Numbered from the stretch's first letter, positions 1 to 10,365 are shown. The stretch: DNA of 46,294 bases from Phormidesmis sp. (GCA_041746795.1 JBGTGK010000097.1:1-46294); one strand, 5' to 3'. Notes: generated by a model not told the origin, from the sequence alone. Program-made: numbers and translations.

Positions 1-360
1 CAGACGTGATTTTTATCTCAACTTGGAACGAGTTTGCTAGGTTTCAGCCATTCAAAGAGGTAAGTCAGATTTGACCATGACTTGAGACGAACGAGAAATC
101 AAGGGGTTTGGGCGTACGTAGTCTGGAATTTGGAATTGCTGTTTAGCTGCTAGCTAACACCCTAATCGTAGAAATTATTTGGTTTTTACCTTTTGTTTTT
201 GCGCGATTAGCTGTTAACTAGCAGTTTTTTAGTGGGCAGTCGGTTGATGTCGAGCTATGGCAAAAGCAAAAATGACAGATTGCATAGGTGGCTAAGGCAT
301 TTCAATTCATGCTACATTTGTTAGGCCGAAATGGGCACTCGCTCCTATAAGGCAGGTTAC

Positions 361-432
361 GGCTCTGTAGCTCAGGGGTAGAGCAGGGGACTCATAAGCC
401 CTTTGTCGCAGGTTCAAATCCCGCCAGAGCCA
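361..432 (+). tRNA. trnM: tRNA with CAT anticodon, most likely elongator tRNA-Met (Ile2 not fully excluded)
   Basis: Acceptor GGCTCTG/CAGAGCC + discriminator A, anticodon loop CTCATAA, T-arm GGTTCAAATCC. G1:C72 pair argues against initiator. No encoded CCA. Confidence 0.9.
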
Positions 433-449
433 TTCAATTCTTAGATTTA

Positions 450-1829
450 TCAGCGCACTTTCAGCGTAGCTAGAATGCCGTACTCAGGTCGCAGCGTAAT
501 GGAAGACTGCGGAATAATTTTGTGGCCAAGCTCAAGGTCGAACTGGTATTTTTGGGCGATGGTCGCTAAAAGTAGGACGGCTTCCATCAGGGCGAAGCCC
601 TTACCGATGCAAATGCGAGGGCCGTCGCCGAAGGGAAAGTAAACGCCTTGAGGCAGTCTTTTTTCTAGCGGTTGTTCTCCTGAGGTCTCTAGCCAGCGCT
701 CGGGCTGAAAGGCCTCTGGCTGATCAAAGTACTTAGGGCTATGGTGCATTACCCACTGGCTAATAATCACCACGGTGTTTTTTGGGATCAAATAGTCGCC
801 GATGACAACGTCTTCGGTTGCTTCTCGGCCTAGAAGAGGAACGGGCGGATACACTCGCATGGACTCTTTGATTACTGCGTTGGTGTAGGGCAGCTTTTGC
901 ATGTCTTCGACGGTGGGCGATCGCCCCGCAAGCACTTGCTCAAGTTCCGCGTGCAGCTTAGCTTCAGCCTCTGGATGCTGAGCTAGCAGCATCCACGTCC
1001 ATGAAAGGGTGTTGGCCGTTGTCTCATGGCCCGCGAGCATCAGCGTGGCAATTTCATCACGCAGCTGCTGGTCGCTCATGCCGCTACCGTCATCCTCATC
1101 ACGAGCGGCCATCAGCATAGAGAGCAGGTCACCAGGGTCTTCGCCGCTTTCCCGTCGCTGTTGAATAATGCTGTAGATAGTATCATCCATGGCCCTGATC
1201 GCATTTCGATAGCGGATGTTTTCAGGGCGAGGAAACCATTCCACAATGAAGGAGTTTTGACGGCGTTTGCTGTCAAACCAGTTCATTGCTACGTCTAGCG
1301 CATGGGCGACCGTCTCGGCTTCGCCGGTCGAAACATCCTGATCAAAAATGGCCTTCATGACAATGTTGAGCGTTAGCCGCATCATATCGGCGTGAATGTC
1401 GCGAGGGGTATCGGGTTGCCCTTCACGCTGCCAGTCATCCAGCATTTTCTCGGTGTAATCCACCATAATCCGCCCATAGCCTGCGATGCGCCTACGCTAA
1501 AAGACCGGCTGAGCGAGTCTTCTTTGGCGGAACCAGGAGTCGCCTTCGTTGGTGAGCAAGCCGTTTCCTAGCAGCCGGTGCAAAGCATGAAAGCCCCGGC
1601 TTTTGACAAAAGAGCCTCTGTTTTTAAGAACGCTTTCAATCAGGTCGGGATGGGTGATGAGGCAGGCGGCAGTGGGGCCGAGGTGCAGCGGGACAATGTC
1701 GCCGTAGTTGCCATCGCACTCCGTCAAAAAAGCTAGCGGGTTCTTGCCCAGATCGCCCAGATTCCCAAGCACAGCGCTACCGGCAGGCCCTTCCAATTCG
1801 AAAATGTTTTGTGCGGCAGTTTGGCTCAT
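450..1829 (-). pseudogene. Cytochrome P450 interrupted by a single in-frame TAG (1497-1499)
   Basis: ORFs 1497..1931 and 450..1466 share a frame: ...QPVF-TAG-RRRIAGYGRIMVDY... Motifs AGHETT, ESMR and FGDGPRICIG (heme Cys) are intact. Likely start ATG 1829 (MSQTAAQ), giving 459 codons. Confidence 0.88.
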
Positions 1830-2032
1830 GTGTATAGGCTTCCTAACAACTGAAAGCTGAGCAGCTAGTGCTTCAGCTTGTAGGTACTCTACGGTATCTA
1901 TTTTTGCTGACGAACAAGAGGAAACCCGCAAATTTATATCTATAGGCAGAGTCTGCGGATAGACAGCTTAATATTCGGGGAGCCGTCTCCTGTATTAGGT
2001 TGTCTTAATTAACAAAATAAGTTGATGTATAC

Positions 2033-3184
2033 TCATTTTCGCCTGAGCTGCAAGATAGCAATGCCGCCTCCCATAGCGAGCAGACCCAAGATGCTGATGG
2101 GTTGTAGAAAGCTTTTTGTGCTTTCTTTGGTGGTTTTTTGGGTGGTTTTTTGGGTGGTTAGAGTGCTGAGGGCAAGCTGGGCGATCGCGCCATGTCCTGC
2201 CTGTGTCGGATGAACATCATCCCAGAATAAGAATTCATCTGGATGCTCACAAATCCCGTCAAACACAAATCCTGATTTGAAGTGGGTGAGACAGGGGTCA
2301 GTTATGTTTTTGAATTTAAATTGGTCAGGGTTAGCAGTCACTGAAGCCAACAGACCGTCTAAATCAAGCTGAATAATGTGAACCCCAGTCGTAGCCGATA
2401 GTGCTGTGAGCTTTTGTGCCAAGAGCTGATTGTGCTTTGTCGATAGCTGAGTCAGGATTGCAGAACTCCGAGGATTGATCTGATCGAGCGATTTGGCATA
2501 GGGGTCTCGGCCTAAGTCAGGCAGGTTACCTACAACTAAATGCCTAGCGCCTGCACCGATCAGATCGGCGGCGGCCTTTGTCAGGTTATCAGTCACTTGC
2601 TCGGGGAGGTCGCTTAGCGTAGAAGTGGTAGATGCAGCAGGGTGAGAAGCAGCATGACTAGAGACCGCAGAATTATAGTCATTGCCGCCCGCTAGCAGCA
2701 GAAAAAGAGCACTGGGGATAGGGGGAGTCGTTTGAGCGAGTTTGACAAATGTTATGATTTGCTGACTCAGGCCCGGTAGCTGCGGCTCAAGGTTGAGTTC
2801 AGAACTCAAGCTACCTGCTAGCGCGAAGTTGATACCTTCGGATGGCAAAGTTGCTTTACCGTTGGGCTTGTCTGGAACCACAGCAATTGACAAGACGGGA
2901 GAGAGGCTTAGCCGATCGGCTAGCTGCTCAACCCAAATCGGGCCGTTAGAAAACTTTTGGGCATAAGGGGGAGAGGGTGGCACCCCAGCGATATGAAACA
3001 GATTGCCTGCATCCATCAGGCTATCGCCGAAAATGTTGATGCCAGAGTAAAGGCCGGAGTAATCTTGAACCCTCCCCTGGAGTGACTGCGCTATGGGCTG
3101 AGGCGATAGCAAAAAAACGAAGGCGGTAGCCCCGGCAGCGAACCAAGCTATCTGTGCCGATGTTAATAAACCCATTTTATTCAT
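2033..3184 (-). CDS. Secreted SGNH/GDSL-family lipase/esterase with degenerate PEP-CTERM-like tail
   Basis: FGDSL, FSNG, GGNDY and DDVHPT blocks. Hydrophobic N-terminus. C-terminal QPISILGLLAMGGGIAILQLRRK. Confidence 0.85.
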   Translation of the reverse strand: MNKMGLLTSAQIAWFAAGATAFVFLLSPQPIAQSLQGRVQDYSGLYSGINIFGDSLMDAGNLFHIAGVPPSPPYAQKFSNGPIWVEQLADRLSLSPVLSIAVVPDKPNGKATLPSEGINFALAGSLSSELNLEPQLPGLSQQIITFVKLAQTTPPIPSALFLLLAGGNDYNSAVSSHAASHPAASTTSTLSDLPEQVTDNLTKAAADLIGAGARHLVVGNLPDLGRDPYAKSLDQINPRSSAILTQLSTKHNQLLAQKLTALSATTGVHIIQLDLDGLLASVTANPDQFKFKNITDPCLTHFKSGFVFDGICEHPDEFLFWDDVHPTQAGHGAIAQLALSTLTTQKTTQKTTKESTKSFLQPISILGLLAMGGGIAILQLRRK

Positions 3185-3206
3185 CTGGTTTCTCCAAGTC
3201 TACCGA

Positions 3207-3249
3207 GGGCTATCAAGGGGCTATTCAGGGGCTATCGGGGGCTATCAAG
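3207..3249 (+). repeat. Four GGGCTAT-core direct repeats, 10-11 bp period
   Basis: GGGCTAT at 3207, 3218, 3229 and 3239, in the divergent intergenic region between the lipase and peroxiredoxin genes. Confidence 0.8.
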
Positions 3250-3359
3250 CAAAATTGCCACGGGTATGACGGTTCATCAATGTTAATATTTATGTTATGC
3301 GTCATCGCCGCTAAGCCACCACAAAACTCAAAACTGAAGTTTTTAACAGGAAGGAATTC

Positions 3360-3965
3360 ATGAGTGAGCAGAACCAAGGATCCCTCAGAGTGGGCCAGAG
3401 CGCACCTGACTTTACCGCAACGGCTGTTGTAGACCAGGAGTTTAAAACGATTAAGCTCTCTGGCTATCGTGGCAAGTACGTTGTGCTCTTTTTCTATCCT
3501 CTAGACTTCACCTTTGTTTGCCCTACCGAAATCACCGCGTTCAGCGATAGCTATAGTAGCTTTAGCGATATCAATACCGAAGTGCTGGGCGTCTCGGTAG
3601 ATAGTGAGTTTTCTCACCTAGCTTGGATTCAAAGCGATCGCAAGTCCGGCGGCGTTGGCGATCTTAACTATCCTTTGGTTTCCGATATCAAGAAAGACAT
3701 CAGCACTGCCTACAACGTGTTAGACCCTGAGGCTGGCGTTGCCTTGCGCGGTTTGTTCCTGATTGATAAAGAAGGGGTTGTTCAGCACGCGACTATCAAC
3801 AATCTCTCCTTTGGTCGCAGCGTCGAAGAAACCCTGCGCGTGCTTCAAGCCGTTCAACACGTACAGTCTCATCCGGACGAAGTTTGCCCCGCCGGATGGC
3901 AGCCTGGTAGCGCGACCATGAACCCCGATCCGATTAAGTCTAAAGAGTTCTTTGCCACTGTTTAA
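3360..3965 (+). CDS. ahpC: 2-Cys peroxiredoxin (AhpC/Prx1)
   Basis: [14 protein letters not shown] and EVCPAGW motifs. Confidence 0.96.
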   Translation: MSEQNQGSLRVGQSAPDFTATAVVDQEFKTIKLSGYRGKYVVLFFYPLDFTFVCPTEITAFSDSYSSFSDINTEVLGVSVDSEFSHLAWIQSDRKSGGVGDLNYPLVSDIKKDISTAYNVLDPEAGVALRGLFLIDKEGVVQHATINNLSFGRSVEETLRVLQAVQHVQSHPDEVCPAGWQPGSATMNPDPIKSKEFFATV

Positions 3966-4149
3966 GTGCTCTGTCTAGCTGTCTAGGTGCTTCTCTCTAG
4001 TCCAGATCTTTCTAGCCCGGATTGTTAGTTCAGGCTGTAAGTTTAGACTGTTGAGAGGCCTAACGCGCTCATGCTAAAGCCGCCAGGCGTCAGAAGGCTG
4101 ACCTCTAGCGGCCTTTTTTTCTTTAGCAGCTTTTTTGCTATTTGTGCCT

Positions 4150-4689
4150 ATGCAGCTGACTTCTCGCGATTTTCGTGGCTTGATTAACCGGCGATTCTTT
4201 AAAAACTTCGCGCCTATTCCAGCTAGCTGTCGGTTTCAGCTCGGTGAAAAACTGCCCAACTTCAGCCTGCCAGGTGTGGACGGCCAAAATCACCAGCTTT
4301 CTAGCTACCAGGGCAGGCCCATCGTACTCGCGTTCACCCGAATTTTTACAGAAAAACAGTACTGTCCTTTCTGCTATCCGCACATTCTGGCCATGGCAGA
4401 ATCGCATCAGCAGTTCGTTGGGCTCGGAGCCGTTCTGCTGATGATTACCAGCACTTCTATGGCGCAAAGCAAAATGGTTCAGCAGGATCTATCGCTGAAG
4501 ATGCCTTTACTGGTTGACCCAACCTGCCAGAGCTTTCGCCGATATGGTACCGGCCAGGCGTTGGGCGCGCCTTTGCCCGCACAGTTCGTCATAGACGCAC
4601 AGGGCCAGCTGCGGTTTCAGCACCTGTTTTCGTTTGCCCATCACAATGCCACCCCAGCTAGATTGCTGTGGGCAGTGCGGAATCTGTAG
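4150..4689 (+). CDS. Peroxiredoxin-like AhpC/TSA (thioredoxin-fold) protein
   Basis: LPNFSL...LSSYQG...CPFC motif and QFVIDAQG. Start placed at ATG 4150. Confidence 0.8.
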   Translation: MQLTSRDFRGLINRRFFKNFAPIPASCRFQLGEKLPNFSLPGVDGQNHQLSSYQGRPIVLAFTRIFTEKQYCPFCYPHILAMAESHQQFVGLGAVLLMITSTSMAQSKMVQQDLSLKMPLLVDPTCQSFRRYGTGQALGAPLPAQFVIDAQGQLRFQHLFSFAHHNATPARLLWAVRNL

Positions 4690-4739
4690 CGTTAAGAATC
4701 TATAGGCTAAAACTATAGAATCAAATAGGCTCAAACCAA

Positions 4740-4828
4740 CGGAGAAGGAGGGATTCGAACCCTCGATGAAGTTTACACCCCATAACTCCTTAGCAGGGAG
4801 CCGCTTTCAACCGCTCAGCCACTTCTCC
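4740..4828 (-). tRNA. trnS: tRNA-Ser (GCT)
   Basis: Reverse complement GGAGAAGTGGCTGAGCGG...CTGCTAA...long variable arm...GGTTCGAATCCCTCCTTCTCCG. Confidence 0.96.
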
Positions 4829-4901
4829 AAGTGAAGAACCATGATACCAAGAACTCTGCGAAAGCTCTAGCAATTTTTGACTTAAATCTTGATCCAATAT
4901 T

Positions 4902-6188
4902 TTATCTGATACTTTTTAGATCGGCTGAGCTAGCCTCTGGCCTATTCTCTAGTTCGGTTTTTTGCCCCACAAGCTGAACTGTGGCGGCGAGCGGCGCATC
5001 CGACTGAATGCGCGGTAGCCGATGCTTAAAGCCACATAGGATCTCCCAGGAAATGCTGCCGGCCATCTGTGCCCACTGGTCTGCACTAAGCGTGTGGCCT
5101 CCCGACTGGCCAAGCAACGTCACAATGTCTCCCTCTTGCACCTGACTCAACTCAGAGACGTCCAGCACGAGCTGATCCATCGTGATCGCGCCAATTTGCC
5201 GAATTCGTTGGTCATGAACGATAGCCTCCATTTTATTGGACAAAATGCGAGGAACGCCGTCGGCATAGCCAATCCCAACAATGGCAATTTTCATAGGCCG
5301 CTGCGCTACAAACTGATGGCTGTAGCTTACGCCTGCGCCTGCCTGAATGTTTTTGACGTGGGTGATGCGGGCTTTCACTTCTAAAACGGGTCGTAAGCTG
5401 ACGGTACTTTGCAGGTGAGGGGCTGGATATAGGCCATAGGTACAGAGGCCGACGCGCACCATGTCGTAGTGCAAAGACTGATTGGCTTCAGTGGCGATCG
5501 CAAGAGTAGCTGCTGAGTTGGCTAGGTGCAGGCGAGGGGGCAGCAGGTTTTTGCTTTTGAGGGCGGCGATCGCCTCTTGAAATCGCTCGTGCTGCTGGTT
5601 CATCACGGTAGGATCAGGGCTATCTGCCGTCGCCAGGTGAGAATAAACGCTGACGGCTTCTAAGTGAGGCAGCTGCCGCACAAAGCGGGCAAATTCTACC
5701 GCTTGCGTCCACTTAAAGCCTAGCCGAGACATGCCGGTATCGAGCTTGAGATGAACGGGAATAGACGGTGAAATAGACGGTGAAGTGGAATCAGCGGCTA
5801 GCGTTTCTGAAAACACCAGCGCCTGCTTAGGATCAACGATAGTCGGCTGTAGCTGCCAGCGGGCGATCGCGACAATTTCCTCGGGGTCACTCACTGCCCC
5901 CATCACCAAAATAGGCGCATCCAACCCAGACTGCCGCAGCTCTATTCCCTCTGGCACCGTCGCGACGCCCAGCCAGCTCGCACCCGCCGCTAGCGCCGTG
6001 CGGGCAACTGCGATCGCCCCATGGCCGTAGGCATCCGCTTTAACCACGGTCATCACATCAGTGCCTTCAGGCACCAGTGCCTTTATCTGTCGCACGTTAT
6101 GGGCTAGGGCCGACAGGTTAATTTCTACCCAGGCCCGACAGCAGCGCATGGGCGAAAGGGCAGGCGTTTTATCCCAGCTAAGCATCAC
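4902..6188 (-). CDS. alr: Alanine racemase
   Basis: VVKADAYGHG (PLP Lys), HLKLDTGMSRLG, ANSAA, IGYADG and MDQ motifs. Start may be ATG 6185. Confidence 0.96.
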   Translation of the reverse strand: MMLSWDKTPALSPMRCCRAWVEINLSALAHNVRQIKALVPEGTDVMTVVKADAYGHGAIAVARTALAAGASWLGVATVPEGIELRQSGLDAPILVMGAVSDPEEIVAIARWQLQPTIVDPKQALVFSETLAADSTSPSISPSIPVHLKLDTGMSRLGFKWTQAVEFARFVRQLPHLEAVSVYSHLATADSPDPTVMNQQHERFQEAIAALKSKNLLPPRLHLANSAATLAIATEANQSLHYDMVRVGLCTYGLYPAPHLQSTVSLRPVLEVKARITHVKNIQAGAGVSYSHQFVAQRPMKIAIVGIGYADGVPRILSNKMEAIVHDQRIRQIGAITMDQLVLDVSELSQVQEGDIVTLLGQSGGHTLSADQWAQMAGSISWEILCGFKHRLPRIQSDAPLAATVQLVGQKTELENRPEASSADLKSIR

Positions 6189-6315
6189 GAATCCTCACAC
6201 ATCTTGAGGGAACAGTGTAGCAGCGCTCAAACCGCCGTAAAACTTTGATTGTGCTAGTATTTAATGTAGGATTTCAGCACGTTGCATCAGTACGTTACAT
6301 AGATGAGTATGGGCA

Positions 6316-6816
6316 ATGAGTAAGGTTCTTGTTCTAAATGCTTCTTATGAGCCGCTCAACATTACCAGCTGGCGACGAGCGGCTGTGTTAATCATCAAAG
6401 GCAAAGCTGAGCAAATAGAGCAGCGAGAACAGCTGATTTATCCCGACTTTCCAATGCCGACTGTCATCAGGCTGAGGCATTATGTCCGCATTCCTTACAA
6501 AGACATTCCCCTGACCCGGCGCAACCTGCTTCATCGAGATAGCCACACCTGCCAGTACTGCGGCTACGAAGGTGATGGCCTAACCCTAGATCATGTAATT
6601 CCGCGATCGCGGGGTGGCGGCGACTCCTGGGAAAACATCGTGAGCGCCTGTGTTCGCTGCAACGTCAGAAAAGGAAGCCGCACTCCCAAAGAAGCAGAAA
6701 TGCCGCTGGCCAATCCTCCCCGGAAGCCTCACAGCAGCCTTTACTTTGAAATTTCTCGGCATGTCAGGGGCGGCGTTCATCAGGAGTGGAGACGCTACGT
6801 GATTGGACTAAGCTAA
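6316..6816 (+). CDS. HNH endonuclease family protein (McrA-like)
   Basis: VLVLNASYEPL N-terminus. CQYC...TLDHVIPRSRGG...W.N.V.AC..CN motif. Confidence 0.9.
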   Translation: MSKVLVLNASYEPLNITSWRRAAVLIIKGKAEQIEQREQLIYPDFPMPTVIRLRHYVRIPYKDIPLTRRNLLHRDSHTCQYCGYEGDGLTLDHVIPRSRGGGDSWENIVSACVRCNVRKGSRTPKEAEMPLANPPRKPHSSLYFEISRHVRGGVHQEWRRYVIGLS

Positions 6817-7007
6817 GCAGCTTTGACTCTCGCCGCTTACTGTCGCAGCTTGTAGCCGAAAGTTCAGGAAAACATTACTAATGACGCTGATTCTCTGCCC
6901 CTAAAGATAGCGGTAGGGATAGGTAGATCTTGTAGCCGACTGCTAGATTAGCAGCTCTCAAGTTAATTTTCATCTCACCCGCACAATGACACCCCCGTAA
7001 CCGCATT

Positions 7008-8312
7008 TTGTTAAACGACTACTCATCTCATCAAGATTTAGAAGACATCACTGACATCACTACGGGAGCAGACGTCTTGGGCGAGGATACCTTGGCAGAA
7101 CAGATGACAGAGCAGACTTTGGCAGAGAATACCTTAGCAGATCACGCCTCAGACGATCAGCTGCTGGGCAAACAGACGGCTGCCCTTAGACGCACAGCAG
7201 GTCTCGACTCCTATCCTGCAGCCCTAGAACAGCTGCTCAGAAAACACAGCGGAACCCGGCAAATAGTGCTCCTTCAGGACTTTCCAGATCCTGATGCCCT
7301 GTCATCGGCGTGGGCCTATCGCCTGATTGCCAGCGCTTACAACATTCAGTGCGACATTTACTACTCAGGCACGCTCAGCCATCAGGAAAATATTGCCCTG
7401 GTTAAGCTCACTAACCTACCGGCGAAGCGATGGCCAACGCAGGAAGAGGATGCGCCTGACATTTCTCAATATCAGGGCTATGTCCTGGTTGACACGCAGG
7501 GCACCACCAGCCACCTGACCAAAAAGGTAGAAGACGCTAAATTGCCGCTCATTTTAGTGGTTGATCACCATGCTTCTCAGGGCACGCTCGACGCTGAAAT
7601 GGCCGATATTCGTCCTGAAATTCACGCGACGGCCACCATTATGGCTGAGTACTTGAAGGCGGGTTTGATTAAGCTGGATCGAAGCAATAGCAACCATGTG
7701 AAGTGCGCGACGGCCCTAATGCACGGCCTGCGGTCGGATACTAGCCAGCTGATGCAGGCCTCTGAGCCTGATTTTTTGGCGGCGGCTTACCTCAGCCAGT
7801 ACTACGATGCGCAGCTGCTGAGCGCGGTATTGCAGGCTTCTCGGTCGCGTCGGGTGATGGATGTGATTGAGCGATCGCTGCGCAACCGTCATATTCAAAA
7901 CAACGTTTCTATCGCAGGCGTAGGCTACCTCCGTTATGAGGACAGAGATGCCATTCCGCAGGCTGCTGACTTCCTAATTACCGAAGAAAACGTGCATACG
8001 GCTGTGGTGTATGGCATTTTGCACGACGAAGACGAAGAAAAAGAACTCGTGGTGGGCTCTTTGCGCACGAACAAAATCACCTTAGATCCAGACGAATTTA
8101 TTAAGGAGGCTTTTGGGAAAGACGCTCAAGGCCGATTCTTTGGGGGCGGTAGATCCACAGCGGGCGGATTTGAGATTCCGGTGGGCTTTCTGTCCGGCTA
8201 CTACGAAAATAGTGACTACAACCGGCAAAAGTGGGAAGTGTTTGACAAGCAAATTAAGCAAAAGCTTCAGCGGCTGGTTAATCCAGAGAATGGCGTACTC
8301 AATAGCGACTAG
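7008..8312 (+). CDS. DHH-family phosphoesterase (NrnA-like oligoribonuclease/PAP phosphatase)
   Basis: PDPDALSS, LVDTQ, VDHH, SDT and GGGR..AGG motifs. Start uncertain. Confidence 0.85.
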   Translation: MLNDYSSHQDLEDITDITTGADVLGEDTLAEQMTEQTLAENTLADHASDDQLLGKQTAALRRTAGLDSYPAALEQLLRKHSGTRQIVLLQDFPDPDALSSAWAYRLIASAYNIQCDIYYSGTLSHQENIALVKLTNLPAKRWPTQEEDAPDISQYQGYVLVDTQGTTSHLTKKVEDAKLPLILVVDHHASQGTLDAEMADIRPEIHATATIMAEYLKAGLIKLDRSNSNHVKCATALMHGLRSDTSQLMQASEPDFLAAAYLSQYYDAQLLSAVLQASRSRRVMDVIERSLRNRHIQNNVSIAGVGYLRYEDRDAIPQAADFLITEENVHTAVVYGILHDEDEEKELVVGSLRTNKITLDPDEFIKEAFGKDAQGRFFGGGRSTAGGFEIPVGFLSGYYENSDYNRQKWEVFDKQIKQKLQRLVNPENGVLNSD

Positions 8313-8375
8313 CTCAACAGCGACTAGAGCCTTAGACTGAAGCGATGCCTATGATATTGAATCAAGTCGCTTGCC

Positions 8376-8418
8376 CACAGCCCTGAGGACAGTCCTAAGG
8401 ACAGTCCTCAGGGCTGTG
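8376..8418. promoter_or_regulatory. 43-bp palindromic array of the GTCCT-N-AGGAC motif upstream of sixA
   Basis: CACAGCCCTGAGGACAGTCCTAAGGACAGTCCTCAGGGCTGTG equals its reverse complement except at three spacer positions. Same motif as the 21.8-23.4 kb arrays. Confidence 0.75.
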
Positions 8419-8451
8419 TTCATCGCACAGCATTATTTTGTGAGGCAATCC

Positions 8452-8997
8452 TTGTCTGTTACCGAGGTTTATTTCATTCGACATGGGATTGCGGTAGATC
8501 GCGCCCTAGGGGAGGACGGTGAGGGGCGATCGCTCACCCCCAAAGGCATTGCTAAAACCCAGCTAATTGCCCAGCGGCTGAGTGACCTTAATCTCCAATT
8601 CGACACGCTGCTGACCAGCCCTCTGGTGAGGGCACAGCAAACGGCGGACATTTTGCGCTCAGCAGGGCTCGCCGCACGGGTACAGGATTTTCTGCCCCTG
8701 CGTCCGGGCGGCCAACTAGCCGACTGGCTCACTTGGCTAGGCGAATGGCGCTTGGTGATCGCCCAGCCGAATCACACAAACGCTGAGCTACCCAAGAATT
8801 CAGTCAATCCGTCCGTGGCCTTGGTTGGTCACGAGCCTGACTTGAGTCAGTGGGCACAGCAGCTCGTTTGCGGGCAGTGTCAAGATAACTGGACGCTCAA
8901 AAAAGCGGGCATCATTGGACTACAGGTTCCTGCTGCCGATCGAGCAGTTGGTGAAAGCCAGCTTTTTTGGCTATCATCCCCACGTTTTTTGCTGTAG
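8452..8997 (+). CDS. sixA: Phosphohistidine phosphatase SixA
   Basis: YFIRHG, TSPLVRAQQTA, LVGHEP motifs. Start moved to TTG 8452 (GAGG upstream); the ORF-track N-terminus is just the translated repeat. Confidence 0.9.
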   Translation: MSVTEVYFIRHGIAVDRALGEDGEGRSLTPKGIAKTQLIAQRLSDLNLQFDTLLTSPLVRAQQTADILRSAGLAARVQDFLPLRPGGQLADWLTWLGEWRLVIAQPNHTNAELPKNSVNPSVALVGHEPDLSQWAQQLVCGQCQDNWTLKKAGIIGLQVPAADRAVGESQLFWLSSPRFLL

Positions 8998-9129
8998 CCT
9001 TTTACTCCGCTAACCTCGTACGGGTTTATGCTAAAAATAGCCACCGCTTTAAACTAGCCGCTAGCTCAATCTCTAGTAGCCTTTAGGCTCACCCTTCAAC
9101 GCCCATTCTTACATCAGGAGCCCAAACAG

Positions 9130-10290
9130 ATGACGACATGCGATTATGTGCCAGGCTTGGAAGGCATTCCGGTCACGCAGTCGAGCATCAGCCATGTCGA
9201 TGGCAAAACCGGCATTTTAGAATATCGCGGCATCAAGATTCAAGACATTGCGCACCACAGCAGTTTCTTAGAAACGGCTTATCTGCTGATTTGGGGCGGG
9301 CTGCCCACGCAACAGCAACTGCAAGAGTTTGAGCATGAGGTGCAGTATCACCGCCGCCTAAAGTACCGCATTCGCGACATGATGAAGTGCTTCCCCGAGA
9401 GCGGCCATCCAATGGATGCACTTCAGGCTTGTGCAGCGGCTTTAGGTTTATTTCACTCGCGCCGTGAGCTAGAAGATCCGACCTATGTGCAAGATGCTGT
9501 CGTCCGACTGCTGGCCAAAATACCGACGATGGTGGCAGCCTTTAAAATGATGCGGAAGGGCAACGATCCGGTTCAGCCGCGAGACGATTTAGGCTATGCG
9601 GCTAACTTCCTTTATATGCTGAACGAGCGAGAGCCCGATCCGCTCGCAGCCCGTATTTTTGATGTCTGCTTAATTCTCCACGCCGAGCACACGATCAATG
9701 CCTCCACTTTTTCGGCCATGGTAACGGCCTCTACCCTGACGGATCCCTACGCAGTAGTTGCCTCAGCCGTTGGCACCCTAGCAGGCCCGCTGCACGGCGG
9801 CGCAAATGAAGAAGTGATCGCCATGCTGCAAGACATTGGCACCATAGAAAATGTACGGCCCTATATTGAGCAGCGCATTGCTAACCGCGAAAAAATTATG
9901 GGTTTTGGCCACCGCGTGTACAAAGTAAAAGACCCTCGGGCGGGAATTTTGCAGGGGCTGGCTGAGCAGCTTTTTGACAAGGTGGGTCGCGATGCCTACT
10001 ACGATATTGCCTTGGAGCTAGAGCAGGTCGTTGAGGAAAAGCTAGGTCACAAGGGCATTTACCCCAATGTTGACTTTTATTCTGGGCTGGTGTATCGCAA
10101 GCTGGGGATTCCGACTGATTTGTTTACGCCTATTTTCGCGATCGCTCGCGTCGCTGGCTGGCTAGCCCATTGGAAAGAGCAAATCGGCAAAAACAGAATT
10201 TTCAGGCCCACACAAATTTACGATGGCCCCCACAATCAACTCTATACGCCGTTAGAGAAACGCCCGCAAATGTGGGAAAAACAGCCGTAA
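9130..10290 (+). CDS. gltA: Citrate synthase
   Basis: HAEHTINAST, GPLHGGANE, MGFGHRVYK, YPNVDFYSG. Confidence 0.97.
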   Translation: MTTCDYVPGLEGIPVTQSSISHVDGKTGILEYRGIKIQDIAHHSSFLETAYLLIWGGLPTQQQLQEFEHEVQYHRRLKYRIRDMMKCFPESGHPMDALQACAAALGLFHSRRELEDPTYVQDAVVRLLAKIPTMVAAFKMMRKGNDPVQPRDDLGYAANFLYMLNEREPDPLAARIFDVCLILHAEHTINASTFSAMVTASTLTDPYAVVASAVGTLAGPLHGGANEEVIAMLQDIGTIENVRPYIEQRIANREKIMGFGHRVYKVKDPRAGILQGLAEQLFDKVGRDAYYDIALELEQVVEEKLGHKGIYPNVDFYSGLVYRKLGIPTDLFTPIFAIARVAGWLAHWKEQIGKNRIFRPTQIYDGPHNQLYTPLEKRPQMWEKQP

Positions 10291-10365
10291 AACAGCTCAC
10301 AGCATGGCTTATAGCTTACTTAGCCAGGGCCTTGAAATCTCGCTCGCACTTGGTAAGATAAAGCG

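Noticed and set aside
6316-6816. HNH gene as a restriction, homing or mobile element
   Set aside because: No methyltransferase, intron or repeats flank it. It looks like the ordinary stand-alone cyanobacterial HNH protein.
8371-8451. N-terminal extension of SixA (MPTALRTVLRTVLR...)
   Set aside because: It is the translation of the DNA repeat array. A TTG with an RBS-like GAGG at 8452 fits the family start.
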